DNA of 60,572 nucleotides, filler included, from Sphacelaria rigidula (GCA_964200075.2; 10 parts of 10 records of this genome joined end to end with filler, not necessarily neighbours in it); one strand, 5' to 3'. Shown: positions 12,137-25,210, counted from the first letter of the whole stretch. The notes: a model not told the origin generated them from the sequence alone. Numbers and translations are program-made.

Positions 12137-14118
12137 CGTGCAACCAAATCCCCCCCCCCCCCTATCGTAGGATGACTCCGAAGTAATCTGATGATATACT
12201 CGTGACCCCCGAGCCGGAAGTATCCCGATCTGAAACCCCGTAGCGCTCAGATCAACTTGTGAAACGAACATGTTCCGAGGGAGGAGGTATGTTTTCTAAC
12301 CCTCGCTTTCTGGAACAATATAGACACCGACATCACAATCATATCGATTTGCGGGGAGAAGATCACAGCGGATTCGACATCCGCACCCCAAACTTACCGT
12401 ACCCTGAAAATTCCAACTTTGTCGTAGCATTTTTTACACCAGGCGATTCGTCAGTACCACCTCCGCTTCTTCTGTGTTGTCGCATATTTGACACCGGAAA
12501 AATGGAAAGATGCATCGAAACCTGGGCACGACTTACGATTTCGGTTGTTTAGCATTGATATGGCAGGATAGCTGTGTATTGAAGTCACGTGAACAAAAAA
12601 TGAGGATTGGGGGGCGCGGCGTATTCAGTTTTTGCTTGCCTTCGTCGTGTGACCATTGACCGCGCATCCTTTTCCAGATGGAGCGCCGTTCCTATTCCTA
12701 ATATACACACCTCCAATATTCGGCGCCCATTTCGTTCCTTCCATACATTGCACAAAACCTTCTATATGTCTTGCCCCCTTCCTGTTTCGCCGTCTGTGGC
12801 CACCATCGATTTCTCGCTACTGTCGAGTGCATCAAATGATTTCATGCCACCTTCGTTTACGTCCCGCATTTCCCCCTCTAACACCTCCTTTTCCTCCTTG
12901 TATATTTCATTATTCTGAAACTAAATTTCTATTCCCTATTGCTTTGCCATAGGAGCAATTCTGCGCATCTATTTCCTCCTTCACCCGACGGCTGGTATAC
13001 CTCGTTCTTCTTTCTGGGAGGTCCACGCCCCCCACCCGAAATCGCACTCTCAATCTTTTCGCAGAGTTCATTGAGCCATGCAGATATGTTTTCATCCTTA
13101 TCCCCTCTCTCAACCCCCCGTATATTTTCAGGTGCTTTTCCTCGTCTACTTTTCAACGTAGCTCTCCTTTTCCCCTTACGTTCCTCATGGCTCTGGCTTT
13201 CGTTCTGTACCCCCCGCATTCACCTGTGGTCACTACACTCTCTTGGTTTTCTCCCATGTCGTTCCATACTTTCTTGACTACGCTATCACACCTTATTCCA
13301 TCCTGCCCTTTCGTCACTTTCTTCCATGCGCTCCCATGAGCTATGGCTACCAATCTCTTTCTTGGCATGTTTCTTACGCTATACTGCCAATTTAAGTTTC
13401 TCGTATCTCTATCAGCTTCAAGTGGTTTGAACCCCATTTCTGCTGTCCATGCTGCATTACTCGTCTTTTTTGAGCCTACAAGTAGTTTTTTAGCTGCTCT
13501 CACCTATACTATTTCCAGCTTTTTCACCAACTTTTCGTTCCCCTCTGATACCTCTCCTGTATATGCCAGCTTCGGTACAATCACACTAGTCAGAATACAT
13601 ATCTTAGTCCTGGTGTCCAGGTGGGAGTCTCCGAGGATCACGTCCATCTCGTCAATCCATGTCTCATTCTTTTCTATTACTTTAGTTTTGTGTGCATCCC
13701 AAGAGCAGTAACTCTAGGATTTCTACGACAAGTTATGTATACTGTTCTACGATTGGCAGTTCTCGTTCTCTCAATTTTATTTGCACTCTACGGGGTTTTC
13801 CTTATCTTCGTTACAGACGAGTACCGCACATTTGCCCACGTTCGCTGTTACTCTCAATTTCCTAGTGTGTCCTAGGGCCTTCTTTTGATATTTTTGCAAT
13901 CCTTCTGGTGTTTCTGATATTCCCACGAAATCATCCGCGAACATCAATCCCGATATCGCATCTTCCCCCACCTTGACTCCTTGCTTCGCTGTTTCTATTG
14001 CTACTGCCAGGCCATGAATTATATTTACCTTGAATAGAGTGAGTGATGGCGTTCGTCTTTGTGCAGTTATTTGCAAATATCAAAATGTTGCGAAATTTCC
14101 CCGTCTTATATGTCATTC

Positions 14119-14561
14119 AACACGGGATCTTACAAATTGAGGATGGATCATTCATCGGGGATGAGAAACCCGGAGAATCAAAATCTTCGTATACACACCA
14201 AATCTTCGAAATATGGTTCCATTTCTTCACCTACTGATAGCTGTTGACAACTGCTACAACCCATAGAATTTTGGATTTCGATCACCAAAATGTTGGGTTC
14301 TGAGTGAAAAACCAATTTCGGAACCATTTTGGCGTCCGTTCGAACACCCGAAATTCCCCAAAATTGGTTTTTCACCTAGGACCCCAACATTATGGTGATC
14401 AAAATCCAAATTTTTATGGCGTGTACCAGTTGTCAACAGCTATCAGTAGGTGAAGAAATGGAACCATGTTCCGAAGATTTGGTGTGGATACGAAGTTTTT
14501 AATTCTCCGGGTTTCTCATCCCCAATAAAAGATCCATCCTCAATTTGTAAGATCCCGTATT
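14119..14561. mobile_element. Foldback-type MITE inserted in LINE RT region
   Basis: Long TIRs AACACGGGATCTTACAAATTGAGGATGGATC / GATCCATCCTCAATTTGTAAGATCCCGTATT. Confidence 0.8.
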
Positions 14562-15220
14562 ATTTTACAAATTGAGGATGAATTTTTTATTGGGGATGAG
14601 AACCCGGAGAATTCAAATCTTCGTACCCACACCAAATCTTCGAAACATGGTTCTATTTCTTCACTCGCTGGTAGCTGTTAACAACTACTACACGCCATAC
14701 AAATTTAGATTTCGATAGCCGAAATGTTGGGGTCCTAGGGAGTGATGCTACGGTAGGGAGGCACAAATATTTTCTGAGGTTAGAATTGTTAGGAGCCCTT
14801 CATCCCATCCAAAACACCACCTACGAAGTATGTGTGAGTACTTTAGGATTACTATTCCAATGTGCTCGAGGTCTCCCGAGTGAATTCGCAAACGGGGATG
14901 CCCTGACCCATATTCTTGTGCACTCTAGACAAGATTTCGCGCAAAAATTGCACCCCTACCGTAGCATTGCTTTAGGTAAAAAAACAATTTTGGGGTTCAA
15001 TCGGATCACCAAAATTCCCCAAAATTGGTTTTAACCTAGGATCCCAACATTCCGGTTATCCAAATCTAAATTTGTATGGCGTGTAGTGGTTGTTAATAGC
15101 TATCAGCAAGTGAAGAAATGGAACCATATTTCGAAGATTTGGTGTGGGTATGAAGGTTTTAGTTCTCCGGGTTCTCATCCCCAGTAAAAAATCCATCCCC
15201 ACTTTGTAAAATCACGTGTT
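14562..15220. mobile_element. Second adjacent copy of the same foldback MITE family, itself interrupted
   Basis: Same inverted arms (TTACAAATTGAGGATG ... CATCCCCACTTTGTAAAATCACGTGTT). Contains the insertion 14740-14972. Confidence 0.75.
14740..14972. mobile_element. Sola-like MITE (GAG terminus, 4-bp TSD)
   Basis: TIRs GAGTGATGCTACGGTAGGG / CCCTACCGTAGCATTGCTT. TSD TAGG at 14736-14739 and 14973-14976. Confidence 0.7.
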
Positions 15221-15841
15221 GTGCAGCACCCATGGCACTTTTAGCACAGTCTGTCATCTTCTTTACCATTCCCCACACCTTTCCTTTGGTCCCAGTTTCC
15301 CACATCTTTTTTCACAGCCCATATCTCCATAGTGTGCCATAGAACTTTGGTACGTCTAGAAAGAAATGGTACGTTTTTCAGCCCGGCGTCTTTCCTACCT
15401 TGAATAATCTTGCCGAATGCACACACATGGTCTACACAACTACGGTTTGGTCTAAAACCTACTCGCCCCTCACTGAGTTTTTTTCCTTCTCTAGCATCAT
15501 TGCCAATTATGTATCGTTCAGAATCGTACAGAATGTTTTCCTCACGATGCTGAGTAGCGTTGTTCCTCCATAAATTCCCTGGGTCAGCCTTGTCCCCTTC
15601 TTGAAAGTGTTTCCTGCTACTCTTTTTCTCCGCCGCGTGGGCATGTACTCGTGTTCCCAGATCCAATTGGGCAGCATAACCGCCATGGTACTCATTCCTC
15701 TTCCCTCATCGTTTAGAAATCTCTTCACTATTCTATCTGCGCCTTCTGCCTTTCTTCTAGTGAGTTTAGCTACACACCTCTTTACTCCCTCTCTCCTGAG
15801 CTATTTCTCTCAATTCTCTTGAGTCACTATCCTCCCCTTAT

Positions 15842-16283
15842 AAAAGCCGATCATCGAAATTGAGGTTGGAGCTTTTCATCGAGGATGAGAACCCGGAGGA
15901 TTAAAATATTCGTATCCACGCCGAATCTTTGGGATGTGGTTCCATTCCTTCATCTACTGGTCGCTATTGACAAGTACTTTACGTCATACAAATTTGGATT
16001 TCGATAACCGAAATGTCGGGGTCCTAGTTGAAGAAAAGCATTTGGGGAATTAGGTAATCCGAGTGGAGCGACGAAATTCCCCGAAATTGGTTTTCACCTA
16101 GGACCCCGACATTGCGGTTATCGAAATCCAAATTCGCAGGGCGTGTAGCAGTTATCAATAGCTACCTGTAGGTGAAGGAATATAACCACATTTCAAAGAT
16201 TCGGTGTGGATAGGGAGGTTTCAATCCTCCGGGTTCTCATCCTCAATGAAAAGCTCCATCCTCAATTTCGATGATCGGCTGTT
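15842..16283. mobile_element. Foldback MITE related to 14119-14561
   Basis: TIRs AGCCGATCATCGAAATTGAGG / CCTCAATTTCGATGATCGGCT. Further fragments at 30338-30395 and 54606-54795. Confidence 0.8.
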
Positions 16284-16624
16284 TTACGCTGTCTCTACGT
16301 TCACCCCTACCCCCGCGTTGATTCTTTTCTCGAATTCCTCGTCGGGCCACTTGTTATAGTACTTATTGGTGTTCCTAGTTTTCGGTCGTGCTCTGCTGGT
16401 ACTCATCTCTTCCCCTTCGAGCTACTAACCATTTCACCGTTCTGCGCTCTTAGTGTGGCTATCCACTTGTCTGCCCCTCCTGCCCGTTTACCCAGTATAC
16501 CTTTTTTTTCTACTCACATTTGCTTCATTCAGCCTTTGAAATCTTCATTTGTCTTTTGGACTACATCTTCTCATAATCCCCTCTGCTTGTTCTCTACCAT
16601 CTTTTATACCTCGTTGCTAGCTTT

Positions 16625-16802
16625 CAAGGGTCGGACAAATAATGATTCGTCTGTAAATTACTTGGTTTTAGTATGATGAGTCGACTGGTGGCGAATCAAT
16701 CCCTAGGCTTTATTTCAGCGTTACAACCCAGNNNNNNNNNNATCAGGCCGAAGAAATCGTGAATTTGGTGATTTTGAGTCGTGATGATTTGTCCTAACCG
16801 TG
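16625..16802. mobile_element. CA...TG MITE with 8-bp TSD (hAT/P-like, family B)
   Basis: Ends CAAGGGTCGGACAAAT / ATTTGTCCTAACCGTG. TSD CTAGCTTT on both sides. Internal 9-N gap. Confidence 0.8.
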
Positions 16803-16960
16803 CTAGCTTTAGCATACTCCTCCCACCCTGTTGTACTGCAGTTTTACTCGGGATCTATTTTGAGTGGGTGTCTCCCCTGACTCTTGTGGCCTCTTTAATC
16901 TCACCATCCCACCATTTTATTGCTCTGTTGCATACGATCAGTTTCTTCGTCCCTACGACT

Positions 16961-17219
16961 GAGCGATGCCACGGTAGGGGTGCACTTTTTTCGCGAGACA
17001 TTGTCTAGTTCAGGGGCTCCCAACGATTCTAGATGCACAAAAATATGCGTCAGGGCATCCCCGTTTGCAAATTCATTCGAGATATCCCCGGCACATGGGG
17101 GTAGTAATCCTGGCGTACATTCACATATATTTTCATAGGTCGTGTTTTGCATGAGATGAAGGGCTCCTGACAATTCCAACCCCAGAAAATATTTGTGCAC
17201 CCATACCGTAGCATCACTC
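16961..17219. mobile_element. Sola-like MITE, second copy
   Basis: GAGCGATGCCACGGTAGGG ... ACCGTAGCATCACTC. Flanks GACT/GATT. Inverted relative to 14740-14972. Confidence 0.7.
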
Positions 17220-18103
17220 GATTCTACTTGCTATAGTCTTGGCCAATTGTTCTCATCCTTGTATAATCCTCGCTCCTGCCCGGTCCCTTTCTATTTCGGT
17301 ATTGACTGTACCTACGCTTTCCATCTCTTCTTAGAAACCTTCCTGACTTTCTTTTATTTCTAGTTTGTCGATTCTCCATTTGTACAGCTTCCTACCCCCG
17401 CCCTTTTTATAGCTCTCGTCTCTTGGCTGTCTGTCCATATTAGGCAATGATATGTCGTTCCCACGTTCGCCGTGCATACATGCACTTCCATTTTCTCACC
17501 ATTTCCATACTCTACCACAGCATAGTCAAAAATAAGAGCTTTCTCCCATGTCCATTGCGCCTTTGGCTTCTGTGTCCTATCGTTCAGCGTCTTTATCTCG
17601 TTACTTCCCAGGAACTTCAGCATCTCTACCCGATTCATATTATTCTCCGTTTCCTCGTGTTGCCTAATGGTATCATCCGGTTGACCTGCTTTTCCAACCC
17701 TTGACCTAAAATCTCCAACTAACATTACGTCCCCTTGCCTTTTATGCTTCTGTACACATCTGCTATTTTCCCAACATCCTCTGTATATATTTCACCGTAC
17801 TCTTCGACCATGGGGGCATATAGAAGTTTCCTACCAAACAATATTAATTTGCTTCCCCGCTCTCTTGGTACCCGAATCTATGTGCTCTCGTCGAATTTCG
17901 TGTCTTTGATCGTTTCTATGATGCCACACAGGTGTTCCTTGACTACGAACCCTACTCCCCCCGCTTCCCTATTCCTTTCTTTCTTTTCCTTCCGCCTTTT
18001 CCCTACCCATGCGTACTACCCAACTTTTCCACCCCCCACCACCCCGCCTCCCCGCATCACCGATCGCCCGTCCACTGCGAATCGACCACGGCGCAGCCGT
18101 ATC

Positions 18104-18203
18104 NNNNNNNNNNNNNNNNNNNNNNNNNNNNNNNNNNNNNNNNNNNNTTAATTAATTAANNNNNNNNNNNNNNNNNNNNNNNNNNNNNNNNNNNNNNNNN
18201 NNN
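18104..18203. other. Artificial contig linker
   Basis: 44 N + TTAATTAATTAA + 44 N. Confidence 0.98.
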
Positions 18204-18208
18204 GAGCA

Positions 18209-18252
<44 letters not shown>

Positions 18253-18881
18253 GGGAGGGGGTGGGTTTTATTCATTTGTTGTTTTCCTTGGTCGTTCAGG
18301 GATTGAAAACGTATCCCTTGCGAGACGAAGCACGAATCCTACTCCGGGGGGTGGGGGATCAGTTCACAAACGTCCACGGGTTTCGACAACAACTTTGCTC
18401 TCGCATCGTTCCAGAAGGTTGCTGATCTCACGCCTTTTCCAGCAGTGCTGCACTACTCCTCGTAGTACCATCTAGCCAGAAGCGGTTCAACATCCAATCT
18501 CCCGGTGAGGGGTTGTTCCCCGGGTATGCTGAAAAAACGTACGTACTTTTCACCCCTCACTCGCGTATATACATACGGAAGAGTAAACCGAGTGCACACG
18601 CATGCGAACCTGGGTTTGTGATCACTTCGCAAAAAGGGTATCTGACGTCACATATACTCAGCTTCTTCACAAGCATTCGATTGTTTCCGGCAAAACGGAT
18701 TGTGCGTACGTCCGCGTACATGATTTTACATACAGCGGAAGGAATGAGCGACCTGAAGGAAGAGACAATACAGCCTTTGTCTTCATTACATCATCGTGAC
18801 ATTTCACCGACACCCAACAACATTATCGGCGCTTTGGCGCCCAATCCTCCCCGCCCTGTCGTCGAATGGTCCATGACTTAC

Positions 18882-19286
18882 CTGATCCGGGTTGCACCCC
18901 GACAAGAGCGCGGGGAGCAAAGACGGGAACACGGATTGCCGACCGGATTCGCCACAATGCTCGAGCACATCTATGCACATGCACAGGGCGAACGAGGCCT
19001 GGGAAGGGGACGGAACTATCTGCTGCTGTTGTTGCTGCTGCAGCTGTGGGTCGATGGCGAGCAACGGAAGCACGAGCGGCTTCAACGTAGATTCGAAGGC
19101 CGGTACAAACGCCTCCCTACGGCCCTTGATCACCCACCCTATCCCATCTACCGCCGACGTCAGAAGATCAGCTTCCCACTCTTCCTGCTCCTCCTCGTCG
19201 GCAGCGTCCACGGCGCCCGTCAGACCCTTGAGAGGGTGGTGCTGGCTCTTGGCCGCTGCCGACGCTCCCATCGCCGATGTTCGCAG
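18882..19286 (-). CDS. Importin-beta family (IPO5/IPO4-like) internal exon, 135 codons
   Basis: CAG acceptor, GTAAGT donor, phase 0/0. EEEQEEWEADLLTSAVDGIGWVIK...FALCMCIDVLEHCG matches the acidic loop and following HEAT repeats of importin-5. Confidence 0.85.
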
Positions 19287-19742
19287 CTGCACGCATGCCA
19301 TACACGGTGTTGGGGTTTTCATTGGCGGTAGGGGGAGAGGGGGGAGGGGCGGCAAATTCTAGGCATGTTGGGTCAGATGAATTTCTGTAACGTTAGTCGA
19401 GTTGCTACTGTCATTTTCCATCCGTTGAAGAATATTGCCAATTCAACAGTTGAGACACCCCTCGCCGAGCAATAGGATAGCCGAACTAAACTTGCACACG
19501 CTGTATGGTCTACCGTGAGTTACTCCCGCCGGGCCACTTCAACGAGACACGGTTGGATATGGATCCTCGCTATCTCGGCTGTTTTCATACTCCGTCATTG
19601 TGAGCGTTGCACTCCTTTTAGCACCGAACTACGATGCGACAAGGTAATTTTGTACAAACGCGCACTGTAAATCATGAAAAACTCGAGAGAAAAAAAGAAA
19701 AAGTAAGCAGGACGGCAGACGTTTACAAGTACAAGACGAGAG

Positions 19743-19880
19743 CACACCCTGGAGCATAGAACACACAGTCAAAAAGTGTACTGCGTACAGTATCGACTTT
19801 TGTGCCCATTGCATTAGACCAAAGATTCCATACTGTACGCAGTACATTCCTTTATAATAGAATTTTTTGTCCAGGGTGTG
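19743..19880. mobile_element. 138-bp MITE, CACACCCTGG-TIR family, in importin intron
   Basis: TIRs CACACCCTGGA / TCCAGGGTGTG. Perfect 8-bp TSD GACGAGAG. Confidence 0.9.
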
Positions 19881-19991
19881 GACGAGAGTGGGGGAGAAAG
19901 AGCGAACGGCGTCGATACACACCATGGAAAAAAAGTCATATCCTCCCCCTCCCCTTACCCCTCATCCAAAAAATAAAGGGGAATCACTCAC

Positions 19992-20246
19992 GTCGCTCCG
20001 ACGCATTGAAGCTGCCGCAGCGTCTCTCAGGACGGTAACCGCAGTCATCTCTCTTTCCCCACTCAGCCTCAGCGGCGAGGGATCCTTGACCTTGCAGTGG
20101 TCCCCCATAAGACTGGACAGCGAATCGGCCGCCAGGCAGGTGGGTTCCATGTCCTCGCCACTGCCAGCTTCCAGTGCGGCACCTAGATCGGAGCTTATCC
20201 TGGAGACGACCTCGCAGAGGGCATCCACCGATGCGTCCAGCATGGC
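19992..20246 (-). CDS. Importin-beta family internal exon, 85 codons
   Basis: CCCAG acceptor, GTGAGT donor, phase 0/0. Helical HEAT-like AMLDASVDALCEVV...CLAADSLSSLM. Confidence 0.8.
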
Positions 20247-21064
20247 CTGGGCGACGAGAAAACAGCTACGGTTTGCTTGTGATTGAACACATTGTGTTCC
20301 CTCATTCCATAAAAATCATGATTCAAAACTAACCCCAACCAACACCTCCAATACTGTTCAATAAATAGAAATAATTTACAATAACAACCAACCATCCATC
20401 CTCAAACAACATTTAATTAATTATTCAACAATTTTTCTTTATTGGTCATGTATTTTCAGTGATCAATTGTTTTTCATCATTGTTCTGCAAGAAAACACTG
20501 ACAATTGATTGCGTGATTTTGGTTGGAAATTGCGCGTGGGCAGGTAGGGATGCGCGCGGGATGTGCCCGTCAGCAAGAAACATACACCGACACGGTTATG
20601 GCAAACGTAGGCCAGCAAGCATCTGACCACACGGCAACATATGTACCACGTATCAACCTCTTCCTCCTTCCTCGCGAGTAGCGTTCGAGGAAGAATGCAT
20701 GCGTTCACTTCCAACAACGAGCAAAAAAAATGTCATCTAGGATAGGGTCAACGTTCGCCATGGTCATGTTCCAGTCCAGCGTTATGTAACAGAGATGTCT
20801 CGCTCATACGAGTAACTTGCATGTTTCATCACTGTTTGACACAAGCCTGGCACATGAGCCATATAAGCATCATCAGCACGAGTATGAAGCATGGAGCATA
20901 AATACCTGGTACAGTAGTAGTACGAGTCAAAAATGGGATTAAGTGCAACCAAAGTTGAACACTGCAGCGACAGTTTGACTACAGCAATATGGGGCAATGG
21001 AAGGGGACGGGGGACGGGGGAGCTCAGGAAAAAACGAAAAGAACGCCCACGACACTCTTCTCGC

Positions 21065-21166
21065 CTGTGCTTCCCCAATGGCCGCTGCCGACGAATCAGG
21101 GCTAGCGGATGCCGCTGCACGGCTGGCCATGGCCACCAGCCGTGGGACGATAGCTGCGCTCACCAC
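21065..21166 (-). CDS. Importin-beta family internal exon, 34 codons (GC donor)
   Basis: GCCAG acceptor, CAG|GCGAG donor. VVSAAIVPRLVAMA continues the importin-5-like HEAT repeat in frame with both flanking exons. Confidence 0.75.
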
Positions 21167-21214
21167 CTGGCATTCGGAGTGGGAAAAAATAACGAGAGGG
21201 AGGGTACTGGAATC

Positions 21215-22820
21215 GGACTTCGTTGCTTGCCTTGGTCGTTCGACTAGTGATCACCAATCCCTTCTGGGACGGAGCGCCGTTCCTACTCCTCATCGAGACA
21301 CCTCCAACATTCCGGTGACCATCACGTTTCTTCCATACCTTACACGAAACCTTTTTCATATATATTTCGTGTCTTGTTTCGAAAGCGTGTGGCCACCATC
21401 TCTCCTAGTTTAGCCATCGTTTTCTCCCTTCTGTCTAATATAAACAACGATTTCATCCCACCTTTGTTCACGTCCCGCATTTCCCCCTTTAGCACATCCC
21501 GTTACTCCTTGTGCAGTTCACATTCTGCCACTGTATGACTTTTGCTCTCTATTGCTTTGCCACGGGGGCAGTTCTGTGCATCGACTTCCTCTTCCTTCCG
21601 ACGACTGGTATATCGCCCTCTTTGTGGCAGGTCCACATACCCTACCCGAAATCGCAGTTTCACATTTTTCGCAGCGTCCATTGGGTCATGCAAACATGTG
21701 TTCATCCCGATCCCCTTTCTCAACCCCCCGTGTATCTCCAGGTGTTCTTCCTCGTCTACAATACGTCTGAGCAGGGTTTTTCTCCCTTATTTCCATCATA
21801 TCTCTTAACTTTGCCAAGTACCCCGTGCCTTCATCTATGGACAGTATTCCGTCTTGGTTTCCTCCCATTTATTTTCATACCTTCTCGACTTTTTCATCCC
21901 ACCTTACTCCAGCATGCCCTTTCGTACTCTTCTTCCGTGCAGCCTCGCCAACTATAGCTGACAATCTCTTTCTCTGCATGCTCTTTGAACTAGCCATCGC
22001 AATTTCCTTGTGTCTCTGTTTCAAGGGAGTGCATTCCCAACTCTGCTCTCAGAACTGCATTACTCGTCGTTTTCGAGCATTCATGTCTCTTCTTAGCTGC
22101 TGCCATCTGTACTATTTCCAACCTCTACACCAACGTCACGTTCCCCTCTCATACTTCTCCTGCATATTCCAGCTTTCGTACAATCACATTCACCAGGATA
22201 CATCTCTCAACCTTAGTGTCTAGATGCGAATCTCTGAGGATTACGTCCATCCTGCCTATCTGTGTCTCACCCTTTTCTATTACCTTGTTCATGGGTGCAT
22301 CCCAAGAACAGTTGTTCGAAATTTCTATATCGAGGTATGTATACTGGTTTACGATCGGCAGTTTCTCTTCTCCCCAATCTCATTTGAACTCTAACGGGTT
22401 CTTCTTGTATTCGTTACCAGGCAAGTACCGCACATTTGTTGACGTTCGCTGTCACTCTCCATTTCCTAGCGTATTTCAGAGCCTTGCCTATCTGTGTCTG
22501 TGGTCCTGGTGTTCCTGAAATCCCCACAAAATCATCCGCGAACATCAGTCCTGATATCATATCATCACCCGCCTTTACCCTTGCTTTGCTGCTTCTATTG
22601 CCATCATCAAGTAACCAATAAATAACTTGGAACAAAGTGGGCGATGACGTACATCCTTGTGCAACTCCCTGTAATCAAAACATTTCGATATTTCCCCGTC
22701 TAGCATCATCGTACTTTTGGCACATTGTGTCATCTTCACCATTCTCTACAGCTTTCCTCTGATCTCAGCCTCCCACAACTTGTTCCACAACTCATTTCTC
22801 CATACTGTGCCATAAGCCTT
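21215..22820 (-). mobile_element. 5'-truncated decayed LINE (RT and 3' end) inside importin intron
   Basis: GVAQGC..SPTLF, LMFADDFVGIS and KLRFRVGYVDLP..C..H..EC motifs. Homologous to 12610-15400. Confidence 0.9.
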
Positions 22821-23351
22821 GTGAACGGTGAGGTTGGTTTTGAAAGCGTTTCGCCATCTCCCATCTTTTCCCCACCGATTCTTCCTCGGAAATACTGAGA
22901 AAACAGGATCATCATCATGACGGCTTGGATCTACCTGCTACGACCCACACCCGCATCAGAACACCACCGCCTGCGAAACCAAGTATCAGGAAGTGTAACG
23001 AACTCAAATCGTGGTGTGTGCGATATCGGGACTGAGCGTGCGCCAAATTACATGAAACGAGAAGCGGTGCTCGGTCCGTTCTTCATATCTTCTATTTTTC
23101 TTGTGTGTGTGCGCGCGCAAGGGGGAAGGGGAGGGGGAGGGGGTATTTTTCAAATCGGAATTGGAAATGAACATCGCATCTGAGAAATAATTACCTAGCT
23201 TTCAGATTTGTAGAAATAGTATCAAGTAGGAAAAATATGTGAACAAATGAAACGAAAACGGGGCTGCTTTTTCCATGGTTTGATATGAGGCGTGGTACCG
23301 TACCACCCCACCCGCGCCAACCTGACACGAAGTAAGCACCACTGCACTCAC

Positions 23352-23483
23352 CTGCACAGAAACGGCGTTTCTCGGACCTAAATTCGGCAGGACAAGAGCC
23401 AGTGTACTCGCGGCATGCTTGGCAAAAGCGTCTCCGAGATCCTCCGTGTACTGATATAGGGTCTTACACGCCGACTCCTTCGC
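23352..23483 (-). CDS. Importin-beta family internal exon, 44 codons
   Basis: CACAG acceptor, GTGAGT donor, phase 0/0. AKESACKTLYQYTEDLGDAFAKH resembles the importin-5 EEKxxACxxLxxYxxEL motif. Confidence 0.85.
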
Positions 23484-23671
23484 CTGTGCGAGGAGTAAGA
23501 AAAACATACTCGGTTAGCAAAAAAAATCAGACGTCCTTAGATTTAGTGCACGATTAGGGTGTACTAAAATCTTGAGCTTGGTTCTTCGTGCATGTAACTG
23601 TTTTGGCTAACTCTTCACGCAGCCTTTCATGAACAAAATCGAGTCGTCCTACCCCATTGCAAAGGTGCGTT

Positions 23672-23900
23672 ACAGGAGGGGGGCGTGTACCCATGATCAT
23701 GCATGCCGTAGTCATAAGACCATTGACCTCGCATCCCTACGATGCCGGGACGGAGCACGCCGAGTTTTCGACGGACCAGGCTCGCTCTCGACCACCAAGC
23801 GCGAAGCGCCGCGGTGTGTTCGGCGAGTCGTATGAAGGGTGAGCTGCACCGTGAAAAAATGTTCTGCCCGAAGCGTACTGATTATGGGTATCTCACCATT
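23672..23900 (+). mobile_element. Family A repeat (internally deleted)
   Basis: Homologous to 4750-4915, followed by the family 3' end GGGTATCTCACC. Confidence 0.75.
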
Positions 23901-24170
23901 CAAACACTACGTGGTACGATCATCCCCATTGTGCGGAGTTGAGGTTTTACCACGCCGCACGACATAATCTAGCTCGACCACCATCATGAGTAATACAAAA
24001 AAACGCAAACGCGCAAAAAAAAATCGGTAATCTGCTTGCCTATCTTACGCAGTGAGTTGCGTGTTCTATAGCGTCATCACCAACCGACCCCAACCCCATC
24101 GGGGGTACGCCCCTACAAAGCCGGGACGGGGCACGCCGGGTTATCGCAGAACCAGGCTTGAGGGGGGGGG

Positions 24171-24270
24171 NNNNNNNNNNNNNNNNNNNNNNNNNNNNNN
24201 NNNNNNNNNNNNNNTTAATTAATTAANNNNNNNNNNNNNNNNNNNNNNNNNNNNNNNNNNNNNNNNNNNN
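24171..24270. other. Artificial contig linker
   Basis: 44 N + TTAATTAATTAA + 44 N. Confidence 0.98.
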
Positions 24271-25210
24271 CCAAACCTTCGTGACCGGTACCTGCGATCC
24301 CAACACTACATATATATAAAGTTAATACCATACGAAGCGTTGAAGAGCATGGCTTCATAGCCTCATTTTCTAACACATTATGCAGAAGAGACGACTGAGC
24401 CCCGATCGGAACTTCATACCGAGGAGTGAGGGAAAGCTAAGACAGACAAGAGCGGCCGGTTAATATCAACATCAAGCAGCGACAAGGTATACCGGAAGCA
24501 AACGATTCGCCAACGCGTATGCGAAGCGCAACCGCTTCGTGTCCTGCAGCTCCTACTGCCGACATTTTCGGGGCAAATATTAGACACGTACGGCAAACCA
24601 AGCGTGGAAGTATAGAGTCATAGTGGAAGGGAAAAATACGGGGCTGTAGAGTGCTTGTTTTGGCACTGCGCAGTCGCAAAACAAACAGGGGCAAAACAGG
24701 CAGTGCACAGCCCAATATTTTTCCCTCCCACTTTGGCTCTACACTGCCAATTTTGGGTTTCCGAACCTCTCAACTGTCAAACTCTACTTCAAGTGCTGCA
24801 TTGGGATCTTCTTCCCCACACCTGGTGCAGTACACGTGGCCAACGTACTCCCTACGCGTGAAATGTCGATAACACATCTTACACCGTAACACACTGCGTA
24901 GTAGATCACCGGAAATCGCTCCCTCCCGTAATACCTTTACCAACAAACATAGTTGCAGGTCGGCTCCGCACAATACCAGAAGCACGGGCAGTAGGTCGGG
25001 TGAACCGTACAACCGTTACCCCCACCCTTAACCTCGCCACATGCACCGTGATACACCGTCTACGGGTCCTACCAGTACTGACTTACAAAGCGGGGCACCG
25101 ACAGCAAACATCAATTTTCCAATAAGAAGCTCGAAGAGAACATCGGCAACCCAGGGCGCGCGGGTCGATCCTGCCACAACCGCTCCAGGGTGCACTTTCG
25201 CGGTCAACGA

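Larger units (their letters stand above)
12610..18010 (-). mobile_element. Decayed non-LTR retrotransposon (LINE, APE endonuclease + reverse transcriptase) interrupted by MITEs
   Basis: APE-like LVGDFRSRVG and IFDY (17360-17725). RT motifs GFRPNRSCVDH (~15430) and LMFADDFVGIS (~13930). C-terminal RFRVGGVDLPERR..C region (~12950-13050). Many stops and frameshifts. Confidence 0.9.
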
